From: Takakia lepidozioides
Lineage: Eukaryota; Plantae; Bryophyta
Length of the DNA: 64,000 nt
Assembly (NCBI GenBank): GCA_030704615.1
Contig: JAKLZA010000030.1
Span: 9,001 to 73,000, forward strand
Direction: 5' to 3'
The notes below the pieces were generated by a model. The model was not told where the DNA came from. It saw only the letters and a list, made by a program, of their open reading frames with translations, and did no database searches. The position numbers and the translations under genes were made by a program. Position 1 is the first letter of the stretch, and each line of letters begins with the position of its first letter. Positions 50,726 through 63,414 of this stretch are shown here, in pieces.

Positions 50726-52999
50726 GGTTCTTGTCTAGTGTTTTGCAGACCTTTTTAAACAAGCGAGTGATCAAGGAGGAGGAATGCAGATAGCTGATGA
50801 ACCTCGTTCCTGTTTGTGCGCGGATGGCTCGTGACAGAAATTTGATTCAGGGTTTAGGCAAGAAGGTTAGATGGTCTGAGAGCGAGAGAGAGGAAGAGAG
50901 AGGGGCCCGCTTGTGCTCAGAACATGAGAGAACAAAGCGAGAAAATAGACTTGATATTTAAAGGAGAGAAAAAGGGTCCAAAAGTCTAGAAGACTTATCA
51001 GACAGGCTGAGCGAGATCAGACCCAAGAGACGTAGAGTACTCACCTTGTGCGAAGACTAACTGTGATGCGTGATCGTAGTGGTTTCCTCAAAATCGGGTC
51101 TCCGACGCATGAGTGCAAGATTGCAGGAATTCTTTTGAGACGCTAGGACTGGTGGGTGGTCTGCGGACTATCGCGTTCGATCTCTCGACACACAAGCCTT
51201 TCTGACCTCACGTGCTGAAACTGGGGTTCACTTTTGACGAAGGGGAGAGAGAAGATTGGCGGTCTGCGGCGGCTCCTGCGTGAATTCGTGGAACTGAGTA
51301 ATTCTTTATCTCCTCCTCCTTCATAGGGACTCAGGTCCGACAAGGTGTGGTCCACTTGCTATTACATTCATGAATGAAATTATTGAGCACTGTTACTGCC
51401 GAATTCCACTGGGAAATTGGAATGCACAACTGGTGCTTCAACGCATCCAAGGACTTTGTTGAAAAGTTAACACAAGGATCCTGTTCTGGTCAGACAGGGA
51501 ACAATATATGACACTATCCATCCTCGGCCTACTCTACTTCCACCCTTGTATAATCAGGGAATCCTCAAACTGTATGTGATTAGCTATGAAAATCCTCGAT
51601 CAAACACTTGAAACTCGCTTTACTCAAGCTTAGTACCACCAACATGATTAACTAAGTGTATCAGGCTCAACTCCTCCTGGATCATTGCGAGCAAGTCAAG
51701 TTTGGATTCCCTTTCTCTAACCTGATCTTCCAATACAAATTCCATGGTGCTCAACTGGTCCCACTGAAGCCCTCGTGTGTCACATTAGTGGAGGAGTTGA
51801 GCAGTAAGCAAATCTGAACGACAAGAACATCAAAAAAAGAATGCGGAATGAATGCAAAGAGACGGAGTGATGCCACAGTCGAGGCTGCGCACACACGATA
51901 ACTCGGAAACAGACGTGTCTACAGTCTTTGCGTTGGATTCTCTCCCTTTGTTGCGCAAATACTTATTATACGCTGCAAAACCTTTATTGGTTTTGTAGAT
52001 GTGAATATTATTACTCTTAACCTTATTACAATATGTTTTAAAAAAAAGAAAAAAAAGGACACATATTCTGTATCTTTTTTACTGTTATTGATATATGCAT
52101 TGAATGTTTTTACACTACATGGTAATCCATGTGAGGTGTTTTCCTTTGTAATCTAGTCAGGGATTGCTGGACAGAACTTCCAAGTGGATTTCTGGAGATT
52201 CACAGTAGATTCAGAATATCTTCCTTGGAATTTTTGGCCTAGGTGATATTTTGGGACAGGCTGGAATCCCAGTTCGGTTACACTTTATGCAACTTAAATT
52301 TCAGATGTTTAGAGAGAGAGAGAAATGAAATGAAATGAAATGGTGCTTTATAACGTCCGTGGAAACCTCAAAGACAGAGCCCCCAACCGGTGTTAGCGTA
52401 AAGAAGAGCCTCTTTGCCTTGAGGTACAGCCCCCTTCGGGATTGGGCCCTAAGTATCCAATGCTTACAAATATAATGAGAGGTTTTGAGGTTTCAGTTTT
52501 GAGTCGGTGGCAACTTGGCAATTTCACGGGCGGAGGCAGAAGTTATCATAGTAGGTATTACTTACTCTTTTTCACGTGATAAACGTGGTAGGGGGGTTTC
52601 GCTCGTCAACGGAACCTCGCGTGTGAGAAAACCTTTGTTGCCGTGAAAGGGCCCGGATTTATACAGGAGTCAACTCTGAAATATGTGCAAACGATATGGA
52701 TATTTGTTTTGCACATCCAACACGTGCAACAAATGATACGTGTTGGGCAATCCATAAGGGTGTGGATAAGGCAGGCCTTGTGAAGAAAGATGAAGTGGAA
52801 AGTGCAGTGTGTCAAGTCACATTCCATCCCTCCTCACAATCACATAGGGTGGAGAGCCGAATAGTCCCGCAAATAGTAACTTAAGTATTGGAGTTATTTC
52901 CTAGGGTGAAAGGTGAAATGCTATATTATAGACTTTTCTGAAAGGGGTTCACCTTGTTTATGAGCTGCACTAATTAGCACATTGAATTGCTCTTTTAAT

Positions 53000-53872
53000 A
53001 AAAAGTTACAACACTCTAAACATATTGAGAGATACATTGACAGTTGCAATCACACAAAATTCAATATAAACCACGCAAAATAGCCCTATTTATCGCACAA
53101 TCAGATTTGGACGTTGCGCAAGAAGCCTTAACGTTACGACTGTTTTTTTTCCAATTTTTTTATTCTGGCAATTGGCAATTGGCTTTTGGAAATTTCCAAA
53201 TTGACGTGTTACATTGAAAATTGAAGTGGTACATAAAGTTTCTCACTGCACATGTTAATCATCAAACTACTCTAATGCTCAAAAATCTAGAATGCTCGTG
53301 CAAACCGTTCTGTCAACCTATTTTTCTCTTTCTTTGCTCGGAATGTTCTCAATTTATGTATTCTAAGAGCACGCTACTGTGCTCCGGATGGTCGATGGCC
53401 CCGATCGTGCTACATTTGTAGTTCCAAAGTTCCCTGTTCAATGAACTCTCTAAATTTCGTCCTCTCCACTTCTAATTCAAGTGCTTCTCGCTCACAAGCT
53501 TCTCTAACGTGTATTTGTTTTTGCAATTGAGCCGAGTTTGTTCTTTTTTTTTCAAAATTGCCTCACGTCGACATCTCTTCTTGAGTTTCTCTCTTTCTTT
53601 CAATTGTTGCACGTTATGGTATTCTTCCAAACGCTGCTTGAATGTCTCGCTCGTTAAGAGAGCTCCAGAGCTTGGGTCAAACGTGCTTTACAACGAGGTG
53701 TGGCTCCAGAGCTTCTCTTCTGCGTTGCGAATATTTTGGGGTGGATATGCATGCTCTGCATATGTACTTGCCAGCAATTTGTAATAGTGATTGATTTTTG
53801 TTTTTACGACAGCAATAGCTCGACTTCTCTCCAAACCTTCAAGGCCTGCTCGAAAGAGAACTTATGGATGTC
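53000..53872 (-). pseudogene. Possible C-terminal remnant of a pogo-like transposase, cut by the LTR insertions
   Basis: Minus strand GALLTSETFKQRLEEY...KEREKLKK resembles the charged tail of the 19564..19953 transposase region. Confidence 0.3.
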
Positions 53873-54037
53873 TGTCGTACGCATACATATCGCTACACAA
53901 CTACATCGTTGTCCAAAACCACACAACACATGTGCACACCACACACTAGTATACCACTAGTCCAACCACTAGGCTACAACTAGTCAGTCACTAGGCTGCC
54001 ACTATGCTGCCCACTATGGCAGTCACTAGTCCACACA
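53873..54037 (-). repeat. Extra copy of the short LTR of the DNMT-Gypsy family
   Basis: TG...CA direct repeat of 54359-54543 with a small internal deletion. Confidence 0.8.
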
Positions 54038-54358
54038 ATGATGAAAGAATACAAGCACAAGCTCATGCGAGCTCACAAAGCTGAAGCATAAACTCATGCA
54101 TACATAACCTCATCACTCAAATACAAGTCAAGCCAAGTGTACCCCACGCCATGGGGAATCCACACTACGGCGCCATAGCTAGGCGCGGTGAGGCTCAACT
54201 CGAGAAAGATGAGCCTCATGCGCTTGCCGTGAAGATAACCACTCCAGGGCCTAAATCTGCCTTGACCCCTGGATTGACACTTGGGCCAATCCCAAATGTC
54301 AATATGTAAAACTAGCTATTTCCTAGCTAGTTTCACACTAGTAAAATAACTTGACAGC

Positions 54359-54543
54359 TGTCGTGCGCATACATATCGCTACACAACTACATCGCTGTCC
54401 AAAACCACACACACATGTGCACACCACACACTAGTACCACTAGTCCACCACTAGTCCAGCCACTAGTCCAACCACTAGGCTACAACTAGTCAGTCACTAG
54501 GCTGCCACTATGCTGCCCACTATGGCAGTCACTAGTCCACACA
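54359..54543 (-). repeat. 3' LTR (~185 bp) of the DNMT-Gypsy element
   Basis: Minus strand TGTGTGGACTAG...CGACA, preceded by purine tract AGGGGGG. Confidence 0.8.
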
Positions 54544-54803
54544 ATCGCCCCCCTAGCTGTGCTTAGGTCCCTCTAAGTCCAGGTAGCCACAAGATGTGAT
54601 AGTGACCATAGCCTCACTAAGTCCTCCACCACTATCCCTACTACACTCAAACTCGATAGATCAAGAGGCCGGGTGCAAGAGTTGCCCCATCGTTAGTCGC
54701 CGTCTTGCAACCTGTGAACTTGAGCTTGGGATCTCATGTATTGACTCCCTATGAGCTTGGCCTCCCATGTCTTGTTAGCTGCCTCAAGTCATGTCCACTG
54801 CCA

Positions 54804-54947
54804 CTATCCCAAGCAGTGTGGACACAACCAATCTCCGTCAGGAACCTTCTCAAGAGGTGGTGTCAAGCATCCCATATGCCAACCCCTTGAGCATCGATCA
54901 CACACCAGCATGGTGGCTGCCCCTTTGGCAGACCCACAGAGCATGCA
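54804..54947 (-). other. PHD finger at the integrase C-terminus
   Basis: Manual translation CMLCGSAKGAATMLVCDRCSRGWHMGCLTPPLEKVPDGDWLCPHCLG* = C4HC3 with terminal WxCxxC. Confidence 0.92.
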
Positions 54948-56300
54948 CACCTCAAACCTGCAGGTACCACTGCCAAGTTTGGGTCAACTCTGCCATCGAC
55001 ATTGGGAAGGTGACATGGCGCACAATTACGCACATGGTCCTTCCAAGTCATGCCATCCCGACCCTCCAAGATCAGGACCCTGAGGGCAACACCTCTCGAA
55101 CCCTCAGAATAACACGCCCTGCAGTAACATCCAGAGTCGTAGGAGCAGTCTGCTGCAAATAAACATAGTCACCAGGGCTAAACCTCCGAACCCCAGGACG
55201 ATATCCTCCACCACGTATAGTGGCATACCTCAACGTATCACGGTGCTGTGCAATGGCAAGGTTCTCAAAAGCCATGGGCATGACTTTCTTGAACAACTCT
55301 GCACGCTGATCACATGCACGTACCCACACGTCCGGATCGTCAAGGTTAAGGACTTGAGCAGTGTCCCTACGAATGGCTGCAGGCAAATCCGGCTCTCGGC
55401 CAAAGAGAAGGAAATATGGTGAGAAGGAGGCAAGTGATGCTTGTTTGCTGAACCTGTAGCCCATGGCTAACCAAGGAACCTGAAGATCCCAATCTCCTAG
55501 GTGTCCCTTTGCAAGCCATACTTGCGCAAACCCCTCTTCACCGTCTGAACAACTCTCTCTCCTAAGCCATCGGCCTCAGGATGATCCCGAGAAGTGGTGC
55601 GGTGGTCTATCAAGGCTTTATCACACAAAGCCTGAAACTCCCCCAAAAACTCTCTCCCTTGGTCCGTGAGTACCTCAGCTGGAGCACCAAATCGGCTAAG
55701 CACACGATCCAAGAATGCATACGCAGCCCTCACTAGCCTTGTCAGGCAATGGAACCAACTCAATCCACTTGGAGAAGTGCTCCACCATCACCAACACATA
55801 TCTGTGGTGGCGCATAGTCAGTGGCAACGGTCCTGCGAAGTCAAGACTCCACCTGTAGCCCAATCCCATGATTGGTAAAATGCAACTGTGGTGTAGGGGC
55901 GTTGAATGAAGCACGCACCCTGTCACACACCATGCACCTAGCCACGAACTGTTGCACCTCTGTATGCATACCACGCCACCAATACTGCCCCTGCAGTAAA
56001 CTGTGAGTGCGTCGCACTCCAAAATGCCCCAACTCCTCATGGGCATGCCGCACTAACCGTGCACGCTGTGTGGGGTGAGGCACAATCCTCACCCGACCAT
56101 CCTCCCACACTCGAAGTAGGTGTATCCCCTCCCACTTGAACCTCTTGGCTCGTTGCAGGATCCGATCCCTCTCCCTGGCAGTCACAATGGCTGCCGTGTC
56201 TCCCGTGCGGAGGTAGTCCAACACAGCCGAATCCTCATGTATATCTCTGGCACCACCTAGCTCATCACTAGCCTCAGGGTCCTCAGACACTCCGTCTACA
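54948..56300 (-). CDS. Integrase (HHCC zinc finger and DDE core), frameshift-broken
   Basis: HEELGHFG..WWRGM..CMVC; WSLDFAGPLP; FGAPAEVLTDQGREF; HPEADGLGERVVQTVK; SPYFLLFGRE. Confidence 0.92.
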
Positions 56301-56301
56301 G

Positions 56302-56828
56302 TCATCCCTGTTGTAGGTCCAACTGACCTCCCGATGCCAAGATACACAAAAATGCAGATGCGTGCCATCCCGGCACCATCTCCTCGTCCGTCTCACCATG
56401 CCACCGAGCTCCAGTGTCATCCTGCTGGCTCATGCATGGATTGCGACTCAATCCATCCGCATCCCGATTGACCAAACCCGGTCGATGCACAACCTGAAAG
56501 TCATACTCCTGGAGTATAAGTGCCCACCGTGCAAGCTTCCCCGTAAGCTTGTCTGACTCCATCAACCACTTGAGTGGCTGGTGATCCGTGACAAGGGTGA
56601 AAAGATTGCGTATAGATAGCACCTGAAGTGTGCCACGGCCCACACTGCAGCTAAGCACTCTCCCTCATATGAGCTGTACTTAGCCTCTGCAGCGTTGTTC
56701 GAGCGGCTAGCGTAAGCCACTACGAACTCTCTTCCCTCATCATCCACCTGTGTGAGCACCGCTCCAAGCCCCAGCATGCTCCAATCCGTATGCAGCTGAA
56801 AGGGACGCCCCCTGATAGGTCGTCTCAA
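56302..56828 (-). CDS. RNase H of pol
   Basis: FQLHTDWSMLGLGAVLTQ, VVAYASR, ECLAAVWAV, TDHQPLKWL, ARWALILQEYDF, DADGLSR. Confidence 0.92.
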
Positions 56829-56829
56829 T

Positions 56830-57800
56830 AGGCGCCGAGGTCAACCTCGCCTTGAGCTCTTGAAAAGCTCGTTCCTGCTCATCTTCCCACTGCCACTCCT
56901 GGTCCACCTTGGTCAGCTTGGTTAGAGCCTTTGCAATGGTACTAAATCCCTTGACAAACCGTCTATAATAGTTTGCCAACCCCATGAAAGCTCGAACTCG
57001 GCTCACATCCGTGGGGCGTGGAATTTGTGCAATGGCCTCTACCTTAGTCTGCTGTACCCCCAATCCTCCAGGATATATCATGTGACCCAGATACTCAATC
57101 TGGTTGTGGAAAAACTTGCACTTCCCCGGATGCAACTTCAATCCGTGCGCTCTCAAGCGCTCCAATACCACCTGAAGGTGTCTCTCATGCTCCTCCATCG
57201 TAACACTAAAGATGATGATGTCATCTATGTAGCACCGAGCAAAGTCCACCCCTGCTAGAATCCTATCCATGACTCTCTGAAACTCTGCAGGAGCATTCTT
57301 AAGCCCAAATGGTAAGAACCGCCACTGATATAGGCAATCCTTGCCGTGCTCATTGATCCCCCAGAATGCGTCTTCTGCTTGTCCGCCTCCTTGATTGGCA
57401 ACTGGTGATATCCGGATCGTAAATCCAAAGTGCTAAAGGCCTTAGCATGCCCGATGGCATCAAAGATCTCCTCTGGTGTTGGCATGGCATACTTATCGGA
57501 CTTGGTCTGACGATTTACAGGCCGGTAATCACCGCACATACGTCTCTCCGTCCAATTGCCATAGACATCCTTCTTGGCTGGCATCACTGTGGCTGAAGCA
57601 TACTCTCCACCAGAGAGCTCCACCAAACCTGCCTCCCAGAGATCTTGAGTCCTCATCTGAATCAAAGACCTCTCCATGTCACTGTATCTATAGGGTCTCC
57701 GAAAGATTGGCGTGTCAGTGGCCAACTCAATACGGATCTCTTGACCCTTCAGTGCTCCCAAGTCCTTCAAACTGAAGGCAAAGCAATTCCTGTAAGCCCT
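56830..57800 (-). CDS. Reverse transcriptase of pol
   Basis: RMCGDYRPVN, FSTLDLRSGYHQ, PFGLKNAP, CYIDDIIIFS, KCKFF..IEYLGH, FMGLANYYRRFV. Confidence 0.95.
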
Positions 57801-58219
57801 CAGGAACCGCCGTATACGTCGTCTCTCTCCTCCGGTGACAATGGGTCCAATGTCAGGCTCCCAATTGTCCTCCGTAACTGCAACCTTAAGTCCAGTGGGC
57901 TTAGAGGTAGAGGACGCGTCCAGTGGTTGCTATGTTGCAACCTCTTGAGCAGTACTCCCTACCTGCTCAGTCAATGACAAGGCCTCATCCTGCCCCATCA
58001 TCTCATCCTTGAGGACCTCCTCAACCCGAGAAGAATCCCCAACCTCATCCATCACAGCCGCCTTGGCTGCCAACTCCCTCTGAACCTCGAGCACCTCCCA
58101 CGTGTGCCATGGATGCATGCACCCCGTGGTCCTCACATGCTCGCCCCCACTCACTGCCTGTACCGTCTCGGTAGGCAGAGAGACCATTGAGGAAGTGTAC
58201 TCCGCACTCTGCGTTGCTC

Positions 58220-59175
58220 AGCCAGAGCCAAGCTGATAATCCAGGTCAAGCAATTGAGATCCATTGCTTGCCCCAACACTTGACGACGTGATGCCTCAGA
58301 AAGAGACGACACCGCCGTGGTACCAGTGGTAAAACCCATTGCCCGCTCACGCTCGTCAGCATTAGGCTCCACTAACTGCTGCAACTGAGCATCCCACAGG
58401 AGGCCAGGTCCACTATCCCGGAAAGCATGCGATCCTGGGAAGCTGAGCAGTGTAGGTAATGCTGCTCGTGGTTGACCCACCTTGTTGACCACTGCCAAAG
58501 GCGAACGGTCATCGTGTCTCACACGCTGAGACTGCCTCCCTGTGTCCAGAATGTTATCCACTGTGAGATGTGCTGGCCGCTGCACCCCATCAAATGCACG
58601 CTTGCAGTGCGGGTGGCATCAAGTTAGTCCACCATAGCCGTGGACGATGAGCCCGTGACCCCACTGTAGCTGCATCTAGCAACACTGCTGACCCAAGCCA
58701 CGACCGGACTTGATGCACACTGGCCATCACCCTGGCCCGAGAATCGCCCATCAGTGGCACATTCTCCAAGATGTATGCTGGAGATACAGCTTGATGAAGC
58801 TGCAAGTGGCGCAAACCCGCACCATCTCCCAAAACAGACCCGACCTCGAGTCTCGCAATCCATTGCCATGCCCGGCTGATGAATGCCCTTGGCAGGGCCA
58901 ACCTGCCACTACCAGATCAATGGAGCCAACCCGCTCCAAATCCTGCGCCCCCAGCAACGAAATGTCTGCTGGCAAGGCCTGCTGATATCCACGAATTGCA
59001 GACACCCGACAACAACTCAGGTACCGCTGCACCAACTGAGCAACATGGCGAAGTGAAACGCGTCGTGCAGTCTCATCCCTCTCCACATACAGGTAACGCC
59101 GAACTCGTACACCTGCTTGTAACACAGCAGCCAATCCGGTGCTGATCCCGCCAAACAAGTCCAGAAGACAATGCC
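58220..59175 (-). CDS. C5 cytosine DNA methyltransferase domain (DNMT3-like, non-permuted) inside pol between PR and RT
   Basis: Motif I LDLFGGISTG; II YVERD; IV IDLVVAGWPCQG (catalytic Cys); V SGLFWE; VI YILENV; VIII AHRPRLWWTN; IX ERERAMGF; X RRQVLGQAMD. Spread over ORFs 58751..59158, 58590..58901 and 58151..58585. Confidence 0.93.
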
Positions 59176-59559
59176 TTCATCCGGATACTGCCACACAATA
59201 GGTGTGGTGTCCAATGGAGACAATTGAGGTGGTCCTGGTGCAATCCCCACACTCTCCTCCTCTCCTGACGGTACAAAAGCCTCCACCCAGGCTTGTTGCA
59301 CCCGTCGATCAGCATCCCGCTGCAAATCCTTGCTCGTGCCCCACAATGGAGTCTGAGCAACCATGGTAGGCAACTCCGCCATACCATATATGTCATCCTG
59401 CTCTCCCGGAGGTGGTACATCCTCTGAATGAGCATTGCCCTCAAGCAACTCTCTAGGCCAACTCACTGCCGCTGTGAATGCTGCTAGTGTCGGCATCTTG
59501 CCTCGCTGGGCAACCGCAACTCCTCCTATGAACGTCACAGGGAGCTGCACACGCCGGCC

Positions 59560-60000
59560 CTCCCCTGACTGCCATGCAGGCCTATAGGAAGCTGACTCCT
59601 CCCAAAAATCCAGGGTGAAGCCCATGGGGTACAACACTGCCCCACCAACCAGGACATCGTATGAGACCGCGTCTGTCACAATGGCCTTGGCTCGCATCAC
59701 TGAGCCATCTGTAGGGTGATCCGGCCGTAGTCTGATAGCCAACTCACCGTGTCATGCCCCGAGCCTGCTCCGATCCTCCCAGAGACGTCTGTATCTGGAA
59801 AGGACAAGGCTCCATATCCGCCTCCGTGAGGCCCAAGCCTGCAATAGCAGCTCTGCCCAGCATCAGTGGCTGAGCTCCCGAGTCCAACAAGACCCGCAGT
59901 GGCCGGTACCTCTTGCCTGCCGGTCCACTCAAACAGAAAATGCCATCCTGGTTGTCTAACATGACAACTCCAGGTGTCACCATGGCGCGCTCAATGGCTG
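59560..60000 (-). CDS. Aspartic protease of pol
   Basis: VLLDSGAQPLMLG ... YDVLVGGAVL. Confidence 0.85.
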
Positions 60001-60177
60001 GCCTAGCTGGCAGCTCCATCAACCTGGCAGCTGCAGCTTGCCATGGCGCCGCCGTGGCAGTCTTGACCCTCAAATCCGAGGATCCCTCCGGCACTACACC
60101 TCCCACTATCTCCGCAGAAGATGAAGTAACCCCACTCTCACAGAGTGTAGCTGCCAGCCTGAACACCTCAGCTGGTC

Positions 60178-62092
60178 TTACCCCGGCGTCGCAATCATGG
60201 TAGCCGAGAACAATGGAGCCTGGCACACAGATGTGGCCGCTCCTAGCAGCACACTAGCTGCCGTAGCCTTGGCAACACTAGGTAGTGGTGCTACCCGTGT
60301 AGCTCTCCCCAATGGCATAGTAACCTCCGCCTCGGTAACAGTCGGGCGAGAACTAGGTGCCATGGATGGCGTCGACACTGTCTCCGCCAATGTGAATGAC
60401 TGAGGAAGCCTAGCCTGACGGCTTGCCTCCCCACGCTGTGGATCCAACTCCACCTCTGCACCTCGTGGCTCAGGAACTCGTGCTGCTCCTCGAGTCACGG
60501 CTGCAGCAGACTCCACCTGCACTAGTGGTAGTGCTGCTCCACACATGAATCCCATGCCTCCCATATCTCCTCCCTCAGGAGCAGGAGGTGGACCATCCGG
60601 CCTTAGAGCCGGTACCACCTGAGCTGTAGCCATGGCAGCGAGCCTCTGCTCTAGCTGCTGAAGCCGGTTGGCCATGCCTTGGTCAACACCCTGACCTCCG
60701 CGTCCTTGGCCATGTTGAGCTTGCCCTTGGCCTGCACCGTGGCTGGCCACCTCGTCCTCTCTGGGCTGCTCCACCTCGCCCCGGCCACCATTGTTCCCTT
60801 GGAACTGGCCTGGGCGCAACTCAGGATGCAAACCATAACACTGGGCCTCTCCATGCCCGTGCTTGCCACAATGCCCACACTGCAACTGTGCAGGCTGTGC
60901 ATGTGCCGGCCCTTTGCCTCCCTCTGGGCAATCCTTCTTGACATGGGGTCCTCCACATGTCCAGCACACCACATCCGCCCGTTGTTGGCCAGCAAATGAA
61001 GGGAGAGACCCCTGCATCTGAGGTCCTCTCTGCCCTTCCCTGAGCTTCACCTGAGCCCCCTTGTTTGAGCACGTTGAGGTAGTGGTTGGCTAGGAGCACC
61101 ACTACCCCGTGGTGTCTCCTTAGCAAATCCCACCATGACCACTCGTTCCTCCACCATGTTGAGCTCTATCCGCTCTGCCAGCAAAAACACATTTGCTAAG
61201 GTGGGTTGGGCCGCTTGTAGGAGAGTTGCATCCCGCACCCTTCTCCTCAGCTCCTTGTCCAATATCCCATACCAGAATTGGACTGCCTGAGCTTCCGTAA
61301 CCCCTTGGGTTACATTTATCAAGCGCCTCATGCGAGTGAAAGCCTCCCTCAAGCTCTCGGTCGGCTTCCGTTGGAACTCTTGCAAGCTCCGCAACTTCTC
61401 TGTCCTCACCCCTTGGTAGTTCCCTCTCAACTCTTCGAAGAACTCCACAACAGGGTTGAAGGCAGGCACGGGTGCTAGTGCTGGTGCGGTAGTGGCTTGG
61501 GTGGACGTCGTAGCTACTGTACCACCAGTCCCACTAGTTCCACTGCTACTTGCTGAAGCTGCCGGTGCAGCGGCAGGTGTAGCCACTGCCCTCGTGGCTC
61601 TAGTGCCCCTAGTGATGGAGACATAGTCGGGTGACCAGTACATCCTCCACTCCTCGATCTCAACCTCATGCCCCCGCCTGAACTCATGGTAATCATCCAT
61701 AGGCGGCCCTCAAGGTGCTGAAACAGCCCTTTCCATGCCATGAAAGGCGTAAATAGTTGTGGATTGCGCATTTGCTGCAAATCACACCAACTATCAAACT
61801 CTTGGATAAAATCATCCAACTCGATGGTGCCCACCGCCCCAGAGTACCTTCGTGGCCCCTTGGTAGCTCCATACATCTCCTCCATTGTGTCCCACAACAA
61901 TGGCAAAGAAACAACTTGCACCGCCGGTATGAGTCCTCCTGATTCACAATCCGAATCAGAACCTTCCGTAGAAGACACAGGAGGTGAAGGTGGCCTAAAC
62001 CGCACACCTCGTCTCGTGTACCCACTAGTATCGCTAGTGCTCGAACCGGCACTGTCCCCAGCAACTAGTGGCACCTCCGTGTTGACACTCAA
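60178..62092 (-). CDS. gag: Gag with two CCHC zinc knuckles (frameshift-broken; start uncertain)
   Basis: YSG..ELDDFIQEFDSWC, FQRKPTESLREAFTRM, CWTCGGPHVKKDC, CGHCGKHGHGEAQC. Confidence 0.85.
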
Positions 62093-62809
62093 CCGGTCAT
62101 GAACATGTCCCTAACCCCCTCTCCACAAGGTAACCGGGTAGAGAACCTGTTGCGGCTTATGGTTTGGAATACTAAGTTCCTAACATAGCCTACACCTGTA
62201 CCTGCATCCACCGCAAGCACTCCTATGGTTGGCTGGTCATCACCTCCAACCTCACCACACAGGAGAAACAATGATGGTCTGGCTGGTCATCACCCAGCCT
62301 CACCATCGACAGGACAGGCTCTAGGACTGGCCGGTGATCAAATCCGGACCAATCACCTATAAAAACAAGCGCCCACACAAAACTAGCATGGCGCACAGTC
62401 AAGCATGCAGGTATGGAGGGGATCCAAACACAAGAAATCAGAACGACAACTCCCCCACACCCAAAAACAACTCCACGGTGTTGCTCCTGCAAGGACACCC
62501 CAGCCCAAACCCGACTGACTCTTGCCTCCACCTACGGAAAGGTCTTGGCCTAATGAGAGGGTGGAAACTACGAGGAAGAGAAGCTAAAGCAATGCCTAAC
62601 CCCAGCATGCCCTCATCCCAACACTCTTCCTCTCCTCTCCTCACTTGCATGACCATGGGAATATCATGAGATACTCCTCAAACCGCCCTCCACGAGCTTC
62701 AAAATTCGGCCTTCCAGACCACATGCCAGTCCTTAGGCAGCCACCAGTGCCTCCACGAGTCAGCACAGGCCGTCCACAGTCAACACGGGCCACCACAGAC
62801 CAGCACAGG

Positions 62810-63370
62810 CCCACACAGCTCACTGGTCACAGCCGTCACAGTTGCCCTACATAGGTCACACACAGCCTATCACAACCTCACAACCCGTCACAGCCCCACA
62901 GGCCACTGGGCACAGCCTGTCATAGCCCCTCACAGCCGTCACAGCGCCACAGCCTATCACAGCCCGTCACAGCCCCACAGGCCACAGGGCACAGCCTGTC
63001 ACAGCCCCTCACAGCCCACAGCTCGCCACAGCCTGTCACAACACACAGCCGTCACATCCCGTCACAGCCCCACACAGCCCATCACAGCTCGCACAGCCGT
63101 CACAGCCCGTCACAGCCCCACAGGCCACAGGGCACAGCCTGCCCCTCACCGTACAGCCCCACAGGCACTGGGCACAGCCTGTCACAGCCCGTAGCCCACA
63201 GGCCACAGGGCACATCCTGTCACACCGCCACAGCCTGTCACAGCCCTCACAGCCCGTCACCCCACAGGCCACTGGGCACAGCCTGTCACAGCCCGTCATA
63301 GCCCCATAGGCCACAGGGCACAGCCTGTCACAGCCCGTCACGCCCCACACACAGGCACGCCCCACAGCCT
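62810..63370. repeat. GTCACAGCC / CACAGGCC tandem array in the 5' untranslated region of the DNMT-Gypsy element
   Basis: Dozens of CACAG units with a higher-order ~35-45 bp unit (CACAGGCCACAGGGCACAGCCTGTCACAGCCC). Confidence 0.92.
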
Positions 63371-63414
63371 TCTCTTCTAGTTCTTTAAAGCTTGAAAACA
63401 AAAGCCCAATGGAC

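Noticed and set aside
58220-59175. Host DRM/CMT/MET1 gene or bacterial restriction-modification methylase
   Set aside because: No introns or UBA/BAH/chromo domains, motif order is not DRM-permuted, there is no cognate nuclease, and it is colinear within pol between PR and RT.
62810-63370. CRISPR array or Cys/Gly-rich protein (ORF 63036..63434)
   Set aside because: Degenerate tandem repeat with no unique spacers, in a eukaryotic context; the ORF is a by-product of the repeat.
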